NCBI GenBank assembly: GCA_002633005.1
Contig: NMRA01000078.1
Location: forward strand, 1 to 64,000
DNA: 64,000 nucleotides
Direction: 5' to 3'
Source: Phoronis australis
Lineage: Eukaryota > Animalia > Phoronida
A program made the position numbers and the translations under genes. The notes beneath the pieces are model-generated. The model saw only the letters and a list, made by a program, of their open reading frames with translations. It made no database searches and had not been told where the DNA came from. Positions 1 to 11,516 of the stretch are shown piece after piece (position 1 is the first letter of the stretch; each line of letters starts with the position of its first letter).

Positions 1-125
1 CAGTCATTATGCAGGAAGGCCTGGCCCATGTTTGTTTAATAACGGGAAGTATGACCCTACTGAGGGCAAAGGTCGAGGTCACCATACCCAGGAAACGTAA
101 AGGCATGTGTGAAAAACATGACAAG
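1..125 (+). CDS. PELO: Protein pelota homolog, internal exon (cut by window start), eRF1 domain 2
   Basis: Translates AVIMQEGLAHVCLITGSMTLLRAKVEVTIPRKRKGMCEKHDK, closely matching PELO/Dom34 (VVMQEGLAHICLVTPSMTLTRAKVEVNIPRKRKG); GT donor at 126. Confidence 0.96.
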
Positions 126-690
126 GTACTGAGTTGTACTATATTGAGGCTAAGACTTGTTTACTGGACTGATTATTTATCTATATGGCCTGGTATCTCG
201 GAGACCTCTTGTCTCTTCAATGGGTTGATGCAAAAACCTAGTGGTAGGAACTCGGGTCGTGTGGGAAATTTTTTGTCTTGTAATGCTGTCTATACTCTCG
301 TTCCTCGCTGAGGACAGTTTGTAATTGGCACCACCTAGCTTAAGGGAAAGCCTTAGGGCTTGAATGTAAATGGCTTCCTGTACTCCTCTGTTAAGCCATT
401 TTTCTCTGCACAAGATCTCAATGTTTTCATTGCCTAACTTAGTACTGGGTTGAATTAGTCAATGTTTTTATTGCACTTTTCTGAATATGGTCGTAAAAAT
501 TCCACATATGCATAAAACAATTAGCTTTTTGTGCGTTAATTAATAGTTTTTACAGGTAACGCAAGAAACTAGTGAGCTTATAAATAAAATATCTTCAATG
601 TCCTCTATTGCTTGATGTCTTACATTACTTACATGGGAATAGTGAACATTTGTACATGCCTGCATTGTACTTTTACTCCTTTGGTTACAG

Positions 691-751
691 GGTCTAATAA
701 AGTTTTATGACCAAGTTATACAAGCAATTCAACGACATTTAAACTTCGACA
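691..751 (+). CDS. PELO: pelota exon
   Basis: ttacag acceptor, GLIKFYDQVIQAIQRHLNFD, gtaagt donor at 752; phases fit neighbouring exons. Confidence 0.95.
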
Positions 752-1016
752 GTAAGTTACGCTGAAGGCTTGTTATGTTTGAAGTTCAGTTGTCTTGACT
801 TTTCTGTACTTAGTAATTTTCTTCATTTGTCCATTGTAGTTTACAACACTAAGACAGGCAAATTTGAATTGTAGTTAAATATGATTGGCTGTGTTAAAAG
901 TGGACTGACAGAATTTTGTTATATGTTTGTATTAAGTCATAGATTTTTGTTTTGAATGAAACATGGTAATTTTACTTCATTTAGTTGTTAATTTGTTTAT
1001 ATCTTCTCTATTTTAG

Positions 1017-1057
1017 TTGTCAAGTGTGTTGTACTTGCAAGTCCTGGCTTTGTCAAG
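1017..1057 (+). CDS. PELO: pelota exon
   Basis: ttttag acceptor, (I)VKCVVLASPGFVK with the conserved ASPGF motif, gtaatt donor. Confidence 0.95.
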
Positions 1058-1713
1058 GTAATTTTATCTTACTGACTTTCTTACAGTGAAGGCTTAATTT
1101 GTGAAAAAGTCCTGCACCATCAAGTCAGAATCAACAGGTCTGGTCAGTTAGGTGCACATTTCAAAGGAACCAAAAAAATTTTCGTTTGAGACCTTTTTGT
1201 TTTCGTCAGAGTTTTGTTGGTTTTGGAGTCAGGACACGCTCTGTTTTAAACAACATTGTCATGTCTGCAATATTTTGGCGGTTATTTTTAATAGAGTTCA
1301 TGCTGTTAACTTTTTGTTTTCTGGGTATACACAATTTTGTGATTTAGTGGGGTCCTTTTTCGAAAATAGCCTGATATAATGTAACTGCGTTTTGAGTACC
1401 AGTTTGATGTCTGTCATTCAGTGGAGAAAACTTCCCCTCAAAATTTGGGCACATTGTATCAGACTACCCTTTTTGAAAAGAAACTCAAGAGTAAAGATAT
1501 GGATAACCCCCCCTCTCTAGTTGGACCAAATTTTCTCGGAAAGCCATAGGGTCATATGGTGCTGACTGGGGTAAATTATGACTGGAAAAAATTGCAACAG
1601 AATAGATTTTCAAGTCTACTGCTGCATGACCGCATCCAAAATTACATTTAATTTCTTCTCCCCCCCAATCTCTATTAATCATAAACGTCTGATGGTCAGT
1701 CATTGTGTTTCAG

Positions 1714-1834
1714 GACCAGTTTTATGAGTACATGTTTGCTCAAGCTGTTAAAACAGACAACAAGCTGCTCATAGAAAACAAGTCAAAGTTCATTCTCTGT
1801 CACTCATCCTCAGGTCACAAGCATGCTCTCAAAG
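1714..1834 (+). CDS. PELO: pelota exon
   Basis: tttcag acceptor, DQFYEYMFAQAVKTDNKLLIENKSKFILCHSSSGHKHALK, gtgagt donor. Confidence 0.96.
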
Positions 1835-2958
1835 GTGAGTCATTAGTGTGCAGTGTCTCTGACATGGAAGCACATTCAGAAAGACTTTTGAGAGTCCAAA
1901 TGTGATCTAGTGTGTAGACACTCTGGTCTAAAGTTCTTTAAGTCACATGCAGAAGGCTGCCAGTCTTCCTTATGGTCTGCACGGGTGTTCTCATTAAAAA
2001 AATATCATGTTTTTCTCATTAATGCAATTCTTATGTTAGGAGATGTAGCTCTTTCCTCATCAATCCGTCTTGCTAACCTGGTTCAATTCTCATTAACTGC
2101 TTGAGAAGATCGTACTGATATCAATTCCTTGTACACGAAGCTTTTTTTTCAAACATACCACAGCATGACAGTATTCATGCATGCAGTTAAAATGCCTGTT
2201 TTGGACTTTATGAACAAAGACAGTAATACAACACTACGCTACTCCTAGATATATTCTATTTTTGCTAAAGGCTAGGGTTCATTTGGTTGCACATTATTAT
2301 TCTCAAATTGTGGTGTTTGACATGAGACTTATTGAGCGCCTGTGATAACAGTATGAGTTGTCTCTTGGACATCTTCTTCAGCCATTTTGTAGTCTTGAGC
2401 TTAATCTTGCGTGCCGGAGAAACGCATTTCCAACTTCTAACTCATTTTATGTGTTTAAAACGATTTGCTGTAAATTTTATATTTGTTCAGGTTTTGTGTC
2501 TTCTTAGTTTTATTGTGTGCCGATCTCGGGGTTTTATTCACAAATAATGCACCATTTAACCATGGAGCAAGTCATCCCCAAATCACACAGAAGTCCCATG
2601 GAATGAAAGTTGTTTAGGATAAAAGTATGATGTTTATAAGAACTGAGCTGCTGTTGATGAGAAAAGAACCACATGTTGAAAGAAAAGAATTGTGCTCACA
2701 AGAGAAGATGTTGTTGATGGGAATGTCCATTTAAACTGTGAGGAAGGAAAATTAGCGGTCATGATGCAGTGTCGTTTTTCGGTTAATGTGTTTCGGAGTG
2801 TTTTCAATATCATGACAAGTTTGCACTTCAAACTTTACACAATTACTGGACTTCATGGATTGCTTGCAGGAATGTGATTTCAACACGTCGTCACAATATT
2901 CGATAATGGTTATCATTGTTTCATACTCGCTAACCATTTGTGTGCATTTGTATTGCAG

Positions 2959-3079
2959 AGGTGCTCACAGATCCAGCTGTCGCCAATAAACTTTCCGACA
3001 CAAAGGCGTCGTCAGAAGTGAGGGCGCTTGATGAATTCTACCAAATGCTTCAGAATGATCCTAACAGGGCATTCTACGG
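2959..3079 (+). CDS. PELO: pelota exon (last PELO exon found in the window)
   Basis: ttgcag acceptor, (E)VLTDPAVANKLSDTKASSEVRALDEFYQMLQNDPNRAFYG, gtaatc donor; ends in phase 2. Confidence 0.95.
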
Positions 3080-3327
3080 GTAATCATTTCTTCTCCTTAC
3101 TCTTTTTCATGACATTCTGTGAATCATTTCTTCCTAGCTCTCCTTCATGACTTTCTTCAGTGTGGTTGGTTACACACATTCATTGAGAGAGTAGATCCTG
3201 AATAATGCAACTCCTGATGGCCGTGATCCCTGCATTCACTGTTGGACAATGTGCTGAGCTCGCAGTCGATGATGAGTTGTTGGTATTAAGGTTGCATAGG
3301 TCCATTTGGCTAACTTCAGAACAAGGA

Positions 3328-4350
3328 GACAGTGTGGCCTGGTTGATAAAGCCCGCTTTCATTACTCGAGGTCGTGGGTTCGAGTCACACCAGGGCCCGG
3401 TCTCCAATCTCCGTACTCAGACTCATACTCATACTCGAGATTTCATACTCAAAATCGTGCTCACTGGAGTCGTACTCAAAAAAGCGTATCTAATGTCGGA
3501 TTTCGAGTAGACTCCAAACGTACTCAAATCTGACACTCATACTCGAGTTGCTATGGAACTCTTTATGATGTGAAATGCAAAATCACGCAAAGCCGCGCTG
3601 ATTCATCACTTCCTATTGGAATAGACCACCCCAAGAACTAGGCCTACATTATCGTCTGCTGTCGCTACAACTACAAGAGTATGTCTATAACGTGGAATTT
3701 TGAGTGTTCTGTAACTGTTATTCATTTTTTAGTTTCAATAAATATTCTTATGCNNNNNNNNNNNNNNNNNNNNNNNNNNNNNNNNNNNNNNNNNNNNNNN
3801 NNNNNNNACAAAGGATTACAATGCGCCTGTTGCCAGGAATTGTAGAGGTAGAATGGCGGCCATAACATACAGTGATAAGGCGGGTTAATAAGGCGAAGAA
3901 TAAGAAGATTTAAGATGAAAACTATTATCTCTGAACTGAAATTGAAGTGCTGAGATACGGTAAGAGGACTTATTTTTTTATATTTGCTGTGTTTCTTGGT
4001 TCCCTTTCGATATTTTGTTCTCTGGCTCGTATTTATTTTCGAGTACGATTTCAAGCACACTGCCATACCAAACTTGAAATTTAGAGCATATACTCGGAAT
4101 TTTTACTCAAAATCGTACTCGAAATATGGATGAAATACACTTCGCTTCGAGTATACTCGAAAATTGAGTACGTGCTCGAAATTTCGAGTACAGATTTTTC
4201 GAGTATGACATTGAATACACCAAAGCTGAGTCTGTACTCGAGTTGAGTATGAAGTGTGAGTTTGAGCATGATTCGAGTCTGAGTACGGAGATTGGAGACC
4301 GGGCCCTGGTCACACTGCTAAACCCTTGAGCCAGTTTTCTAGCTCCTCAG
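3328..4350 (+). mobile_element. tRNA-derived SINE head, interrupted by a MITE
   Basis: A-box-like TGGCCTGGTTGA and B-box GGTTCGAGTC (3328-3390); resumes after the MITE with gtcacactgctaaacccttgagc. Confidence 0.55.
3391..4308. mobile_element. MITE / non-autonomous DNA transposon
   Basis: Perfect 34-bp TIR CAGGGCCCGGTCTCCAATCTCCGTACTCAGACTC; GTCACAC duplicated on both sides (3384-3390, 4309-4315); many subterminal ACTCGA motifs; related copy at 41996-42402. Confidence 0.9.
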
Positions 4351-4686
4351 CTTGGTTTTAGCCATATATTAATAAAGCACAAAAATATTTCCAGGTGATC
4401 AGTGCAATGGGCCCACATGCGAGGCCTGCGCACGTCTGGTACAACGTGTATCAGACCGCCTGCAATTATTTTTTTATAACTTCAGAACATTACTTCTCCA
4501 AATTGGTGGATCAGATTCATGTAAAACTTTCTAATTCTATGCTTTGTGAACTGTTTCCAAAGTGGAGTTAGGAATTCTTTTGGAAGCCATTTACTTTTTT
4601 GTAGAGGTTATCAGAAAATAGGAATTATGAATTTTATTAAAAACCCAAGAAGTTGCATTTATCAAAATTTTTTGAAAAACTAACAT

Positions 4687-6612
4687 TTTTATGCGCCCAC
4701 ATATATATGTGATCGCATATTGCCGTCATCTCTGTCTGGGGGTCTGGCGTCCGTGGCTGTATCTCCTAAACCCCTTGCAGGATCTTATTGAAATTTGGCA
4801 GGTGTGTTTCTAAGGGGTTGACGACAGAGGGCAACGAGCTTTGGACTGACCCGAATACCGCTGTGCCCCCTAGTGGCAATTTTAGTTTTTTACGTTTACC
4901 TCTGTGTCTTCAAAGGTCCTCAACCGATTTTCAGGAAATTTGGCACGTAGGCATCTATTAATGAGTTGACGCTATCCTCCCGTTTTCGGATGGATTTGAG
5001 GCATTTTGCGCCATCTAGTGGCCATTTTTACTATTTTCGAGTCATTTTTTGGCATCCGCCCCTCTAACAACCAAACCACTCTAAGGATGATTGTGAAAAT
5101 TGGCATGTACTTACGACGAAGCAGACAGCTAACGATGATTTTCCGACGACTTTGACTACTGTGGCGCCTCCTAGTGGTAGTTTTGTTTGTTTTTATGCCT
5201 ATGGCTGTATCTCCTAAACACTCTACAGGATCTTTATTAAATTTAGCAACAAATGTATTTATATGAAGTTGACAACGTTCGACAACGACTTTCGGACAGA
5301 TTGCTTTACCAGTGTGCCCCCTAGTGGCAATTATATTTTTTTATTACGTTTACCTCTGTATCTTCAAAGGTCCTCAACGGATTTCTATAAAATTTGGCAC
5401 ATAGACATCTATTTGTAAGGTGACGCTAGCCATTCATCTTTGGATTGATTTAAGGTAATTTGCACCATCTATTGGCCATTTTCGTTGTTTTCGAGCTTTT
5501 TTTGGCGTCCGTCCCTTTGTCAACCAAACCACTCCAAAGATGACTGAAAGTTGGCGTTTATGTTCTTTCTATGAAGGGGACTGTTGACGATGAATTTCCG
5601 ACGACTTTGACTATTGTGGCGCCTCCTAGTGGCAGTTGTTTTTTTTTTGNGCGTTTGCCTCTCTAACAACCAAACGAATCGAAGGATGATTGTGAAAATT
5701 AGAATATATGTTCTTACTATGAAGAAGACAGTTGACGATGATTTTCTGACGACTTCGACTACTGTGGCACCTCCTAGTGGCAGTTTTGTTTGTTTTTGCG
5801 CCCATGGCTGTATCTCCTAAACGCTCTACAGGATCTTTATTAAATTTAGCAAATGTATTTATATGAAGTTGACAACACACGGTGGCGACTTTCGGACAGA
5901 TCGGTCTACAGGTGTGCCCCCTAGTGGCAATTATATTTTTTTACATTTACCTCCATCTCTTCAAAGGTCCTCAACGGATTTCCATAAAATTTAGCACATA
6001 GACATCTATTAGTGAGGTAACGCTTGCCATTGATCTTCGGATTGATTTAAGTTATTCTGCGCCACCTAGTGGCCATTTTTGTTGTTTTCGAGTCTGTTTT
6101 TTGGCATCCCTCCCTCTGTCAACCAAACCGCTCTAAGGATGATTGTGGAAGTTGGCATGTATGTTCTTTCTATGAAGGGGACGGTTGACGAGTAATTTTC
6201 GATGACTTCGACTACTGTGGCGCCTTCTAGTGGTGGTTTTGTTTTTTGCACCCATACTTGTATCTTCTAAGCCCTCTGCAGGATATTTATTAAATTTAGC
6301 TCGTGTATTTATATAAAATTAACAAGAGAAGACAATAACTTTTAGACGAATCCCACAAACAATGTGCCCCTAGTGGCAATTTCATTTTTTTTCATTTTCC
6401 TCTGTTTCTCTGAAGTTCCTCGGTGAATTTTAATGAAATTTGGTAAATGGCTTTCTTTTAATGAAACGATGACATTTTCTGGTTTTCAGACGTATTCGAC
6501 GTATTTTGCTCCATCTAGTGGCCATTTTGATGATACAAATAAACAACTCTAAAAGCATACCACTTGAGATGCATTCGTGGGCGCATTTCAATGCTCTGCG
6601 TTGCTCTTTTTA
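4687..6612 (+). mobile_element. Helentron-associated non-autonomous element (HINE/DINE-1-like) with internal satellite array
   Basis: T-rich ends, subterminal inverted repeat ATGCGCCCAC (4691-4700) / GTGGGCGCAT (6577-6586), 5' hairpin, 3' palindrome caatgc-tct-gcgttg (6589-6603) then T tract; central tandem repeats. Confidence 0.8.
4755..6530. repeat. ~150-bp tandem satellite in ~450-bp higher-order units (ABC ABC C ABC AB)
   Basis: GGCTGTATCTCCTAAAC recurs near 4755, 5203, 5806 and (degenerate) ~6257; 12 monomers each with a ...CTA(G/T)TGG core 143-161 bp apart. Confidence 0.9.
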
Positions 6613-7193
6613 GTTTTACTCTTTTGAGACCTCACTGCCGCGTACGTTTTGTATAGCTAGTAGCACTCAGTTGGCACGTGAAACCTTGTTAACTCTTGCT
6701 CTCTGTGTGTAATTAATGATTTGAGTTTCAAGTCACTTGTCGTGTGCTCTTGTGTTCTGGTGATATCCCATGGAGAATTGGAATACGATCTCGAAAGACA
6801 CGGATATGACTCAGCTTCGTTAGTGAATGCCCCCAAATAATATGGTAAAAATTCTCCAATTTGGGACACAGTGAACAATGAAGTATTTGTCTAAAGGTCA
6901 TAGCTTGAACAAAATTTTAGAAATAGCAATGTTGCGGGTATTTTTGACGATTCATGAACTGCCGGGCTCATTTACAGGCTGTTAATACAAAACGCTGTAT
7001 CCCATATTTGAGAAATATGATGAATGGCAAAATCGCGAATGCCCTAATCTGTAGAGTAAGGAAATTCAATTTTGTCTCGAATTTTGGTGTTCAAATTTTA
7101 AAAAACTTCCCAAATTGAATAAGCATTACTGTAGTGTTTTGTCACATGTGTGTGCATGTCTCCTATATGTGTTCACAAGTTCTTTGTCTTCAG

Positions 7194-7443
7194 GACCAGG
7201 AAGTGATGTCACAGCACGGGTTCACGGTTGGCATGAAACTGGAGATTATCCACCCGGTGTCACGTACCTACCTGTGTCCAGCCACCATCGTAGATGTGCC
7301 CAGCGAACACTACGTCATCATCGAGGTGGACGATCTGCAGATTACGGAGCAGCGATTGAGGGTGTGTCGGCACGCCGGCTCAATGGACATCTTCCCCGTA
7401 GAGTGGGCACTTCATAACGGTGTACGCCTAGTGCCCCCTGGTG
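7194..7443 (+). CDS. SFMBT: Scm-like with four MBT domains protein (SFMBT1/2-like), MBT3 exon
   Basis: cttcag acceptor; DQEVMSQHGFTVGMKLEIIHP...CPATIV...DIFPVEWALHNGVRLVPPG is an MBT repeat; gtatgt donor. Confidence 0.93.
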
Positions 7444-8182
7444 GTATGTGATTGTCGTCATAAGCAGTCGGTACAAGCTTAGAGATCATCCGTGAACATC
7501 ATTTTCAAAGGCTTATAAAATGTAGAGATTTGACTGCTGGCACATAAGGTTTAATTTTTCTTTTAGGAAAGGAAATTCAACTGATTTGTACTTTTTATGG
7601 AAGAGGACTAGATATTCACAAAGTACTCTGTGTTACATAGGAATATTTCATTATGGGATTCATTTATGATATCGTATCAACCAATTCTATAAATAGTATC
7701 GTGGTATGATATGAATACTAGATAAAAATTCGAATTAATGTTTGATGTAAATTGTCATGCCAGGTTTGTCATCAGTCATGATACCTTACAGGATTTATTG
7801 TCACTATGCAACGATAAACAATCATTTATAACCAGCCTGCTACGGATACATAGCAACTGAGATGGTGGTTAGGTGTGCTGTTGAAATGTCTGCAGTAATA
7901 TAAGATGGATTGCAACATAGAACATAAAAGCATGTACAGCCCAGTATATGTCTTGACATTTATAAAACCATTGCAAGTTGTTAAACATTCAATGATTAGT
8001 CGTTGTACATTAGGCATTGAGTCAGTAATTACGTTATCTTAGATTAGTAATACAGTAAAGGACCTGGTTGTATTATTACATTATATTTAATTAGTTGTGT
8101 TCTTGTGTAAGACTGTTGTAAAACCTTGTTCATGTTTAAGTTCACAAAACACATCTCATGTTGACTGTCACTCCCCCTGTAG

Positions 8183-8265
8183 GCTGGACAGCAACTGACT
8201 TCAACTGGGAGGAGTACTTGCTCCAAACATCTAGTCGAGCTGTTCCTGAACATTGCTTCACAGAG
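8183..8265 (+). CDS. SFMBT: SFMBT exon, MBT4 N-terminal arm
   Basis: ctgtag acceptor, (G)WTATDFNWEEYLLQTSSRAVPEHCFTE (MBT FxWxxYL motif), GT donor; phases fit. Confidence 0.92.
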
Positions 8266-9335
8266 GTACAGTATGTGTAGTCAGCAACTGTAGAGCTGAT
8301 TTAAGATTCAAATTTTGGACCAAGAAAATTTGCTTTTACATTACTCAACTGCTTTCTTGTGGGCATTGAGCTGTGCTGGAGCTAGTTACTGGTAGAACTG
8401 GGACAATCTGTTAGAACTGTCTGTGTCCACTGGTATAGTATATTAAGACCAATATAGGGTAATATCAGATGTTATCAGGTCTTGCCTCAGCCTGTAAGTT
8501 TGAATACATAAACCTGCTATCTCTACCCTGATGGTGCGTGAAAGGGGGATGTGGTACTGGCTCAATTATTCTACCAAATTAGTTTGTAGACTTTTGAACA
8601 AGGATGGCAGAAATGCCTGGAGCTATATGTATGTTTTAAGCATGTGAAAAGCTTCATCTTTGTTTGCTTCAAGCTTCGTTAGTTAGAAGCAAAACTATGC
8701 TTGTGAGATTGAAGAGTATTAAGTTTGTAGCCACAAATTTGACACTTCTTAATCCGAGGTCTGACATCTTCTCATACGCTTTAAGAAATCTTTGCTGTAG
8801 TTAACGGGGATTTCTATGGCTTTTTAATGTTATTTCCTGACGTGTCCTCTGAGGAGATGCAACACGAACACAAAGAGTGCTTGCATACTTGACCAATAGT
8901 TGAGTTGGGTTCCAGATAAAGCGGACTATTTGAATGGTGTATGTTATATGTGAACGGTTTAATTGTGTTTTAATGTATACTGAATGGTTCAGAGTTCATT
9001 CATACCATATACGGTACTAGCCAAAAGTATTCACTCAAAATGACTTGGAATTCTCCCATTAAGACGGCTGGGCAGAAACCAAATTCATTGATCATCATAG
9101 TAGTTCAATCTCAAGACCAAGAATGAAGGGAATCATCATCAAACTTACTAATGTCACTAAGCTATTCTTGTGATCAGAATTTTGCAGCCATAATAGTTAT
9201 TACCATTAATTTCTGCTGTTAACAGAATTAGCCTGTATGACGGGAAAAGGGTAATATGTCTGATTTCTTTTGTCCTGTACTGTATTTGTCTGCTGATTTG
9301 GCCCTCACTAATCAAGATGGCCGCCTGCCTTACAG

Positions 9336-9604
9336 TTCCCCACTGACCACAAGTTCAGACGAGGTATGAAGTTAGAGGCAGTCAATCCACACCAGACTGA
9401 CCAGATCAGCGCGGCCACCATCACCAAGATAGTTGACCGCATCATGTGGATTCATCTGGACAGTGCCTCCAAGGTGGGCGCCAGTTTCATGACCAACGTC
9501 AACTCGCTTGAGCTCTTCCCAGTTGGTTGGTGCGAGAGTAATGGTTATACTCTCAAACCTCCCAAACAGGTGCTGAGTCGGAGAGTAGCTGTGGTGAAGC
9601 CAGA
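9336..9604 (+). CDS. SFMBT: SFMBT exon, MBT4
   Basis: ttacag acceptor, FPTDHKFRRGMKLEAVNP...LFPVGWCESNGYTLKPP...RVAVVKP, gtaagt donor. Confidence 0.95.
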
Positions 9605-9929
9605 GTAAGTCACTGTTGGTTGCTGTCTTCATCTTTTAGTTATTTCGATAATTATTGAAATGTGTTAGATAAACTGGCATCACAAACCACGTCGTGAACA
9701 CATCCACTACCACAAGAAACTGTAGGAACACCACATTTATCCACCTTCACTCTTATCAGGCTTCTATTGTGAGTCAGCATGTATGAATAATTGGCTGATA
9801 AGCCACCTATGGAACTACTTTTGGCTGAATGGATGACCAGGCCATAAAATGATAATTAGCCAAGACCAGTTAAATAATGCAACAAAGAATGATGTGATCA
9901 AAAAAGATTGAACGGGATAAACTACTTGC

Positions 9930-10915
9930 AACATATTCCACACCTCACTGAAAAAGATGATATTTACAAGTACCTAGGAGTCACATTCTCCTGCAGACTT
10001 AAATGGACAGAGTATTGTAGAGTACTTGCAAGCCAAGCTTGAAAAGCAGTGACCGTTACGAAAGCCACTCTGTCAAAATTTAACTGTATTTCCCATGGAT
10101 TGCATTTTAAGCTTTTTGATTCTATGATATGCCCATATTGACATATGGTGCAGAAATATGGGGAACATCAATGTGTGAATCTATTGAAAAAGTTCATAAT
10201 AATCTGTAAATATGTCTTGAGTTGAGTATTAAAACGCCAAATGCTATGGCTGGCGGTGAATGAGGGAGAATAGATGTGTCAACCAGTTATCTATTGGACA
10301 AAATTACTTGATATGGAAGAACATACTAGGTACCCACTGAAGTGTTACAGTATGCTTATGGTTATGGAGAAGTGTGATTATTTGGCCCAGGCAATAGTGC
10401 TGAATTTATTATGGTATTCAAACAGAGATTACTGGATTGTGGCATACAGGAATGGCAACAGGAATTAGGTAGCTCAAATAAATATGAATTTTATAGTCTT
10501 ATTAAACGTGTTCTTGTTAGCGAGCAATATGTGAATTGTTCAATTGCCTATTCGAGAATAATTATACTTGCGCAATTTCGATGTTCAGGTCACTCACTTA
10601 ATAAAGAGAAAGGGAGACATATGGGTATTCCTAGTAGTGAGAGAATATCCGGCATATGCTGTCTGGGTGAAATTGAAGATGAGACTCATTTCATGTGTCG
10701 ATGCCCTGTTTTTGGAGACCTTAGAAGAAATCTTCTACCAGAGCTTGTGAATATTAACTATTCTCTTGTTAGGTTACTCCAACAGAAAAATCATGACAGT
10801 ATCCAGCGCCTTGCATTGTATACTCAGAAGGCTATGGTGTAAATACTTTGAATATACGTTTGTATTTATGTACGAGTAAGCAAAGCCTACGATGTACAAT
10901 AAATAATATTAATTA
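9930..10915 (+). mobile_element. 5'-truncated decayed LINE (CR1/L2-group ORF2 C-terminus) in SFMBT intron
   Basis: YKYLGVTF at 9965, frameshifted post-RT region, then AQFRCSGHSLNKEKGRH...ICCLGEIEDETHFMCRCP (C-terminal Cys/His motif of non-LTR ORF2); A-rich end. Confidence 0.8.
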
Positions 10916-11475
10916 GGAAGCATGAATGTACTAAAAAATCAATGTAAACTAGGTTTTCACCCCTATATATGAAACGAATTACAGTCAATTCATTTTTAAT
11001 CAGATCTGCCTTCCAGATAGACTGCTAGCTAAAATACCCATCTGTTGTCGTCTATGTGTTAACCGTTTACACTGTAGTCTCCGTTTTTGAGTTTGAAGGG
11101 GGTAACTAGTCCCCATATTGGCTTAGAATTTTGCTTGGATTGTAAATCATGTGTATGGCTTACACACAAAAGGCGTTTTGAAATCGACATGCAGCCGGTC
11201 TGTGAAAGCAGCTTTAAACCTAGAGGTGCCTTGATTATCATTCATAGGTGTGCATTGAGATAATTGGGCATCACTAGCTGCGTAAACTGTTTTCACATTG
11301 TTTGCATGTGATTTTTTCCTCTAAGTGTGCATTTGAGAAGACAAAGGACATGGTAATCTGGAGGCATCAGTGAACGATAGGGGTAACATTGTGTAATAAT
11401 GCTGTGTTCATGCTATGCTAATTGTTCATTATACATTATACTTTGATATGGTAATATATTGCCTGTTGTTTACAG

Positions 11476-11516
11476 CTGTCATCTGGGTCATGGTCTCGCA
11501 GCCTATGATGGTAATG
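11476..11516 (+). CDS. SFMBT: SFMBT 41-nt linker exon
   Basis: ttacag acceptor, gtaagt donor, open frame (D)CHLGHGLAAYDGN; converts phase 2 of the upstream exon to the phase 1 required by the next exon. Confidence 0.7.

Noticed and set aside
3161-3290. Possible next PELO exon after ttcttcag (contains a DDELL-like peptide)
   Set aside because: In the required phase it stops after 11 codons; similarity to PELO is not convincing
4755-6530. CRISPR-like array
   Set aside because: Eukaryotic context, the inter-motif sequences are homologous to one another, and there are no cas genes
2959-7443. In-frame PELO-SFMBT fusion protein
   Set aside because: Donor is phase 2 and acceptor phase 0; no bridging exon found
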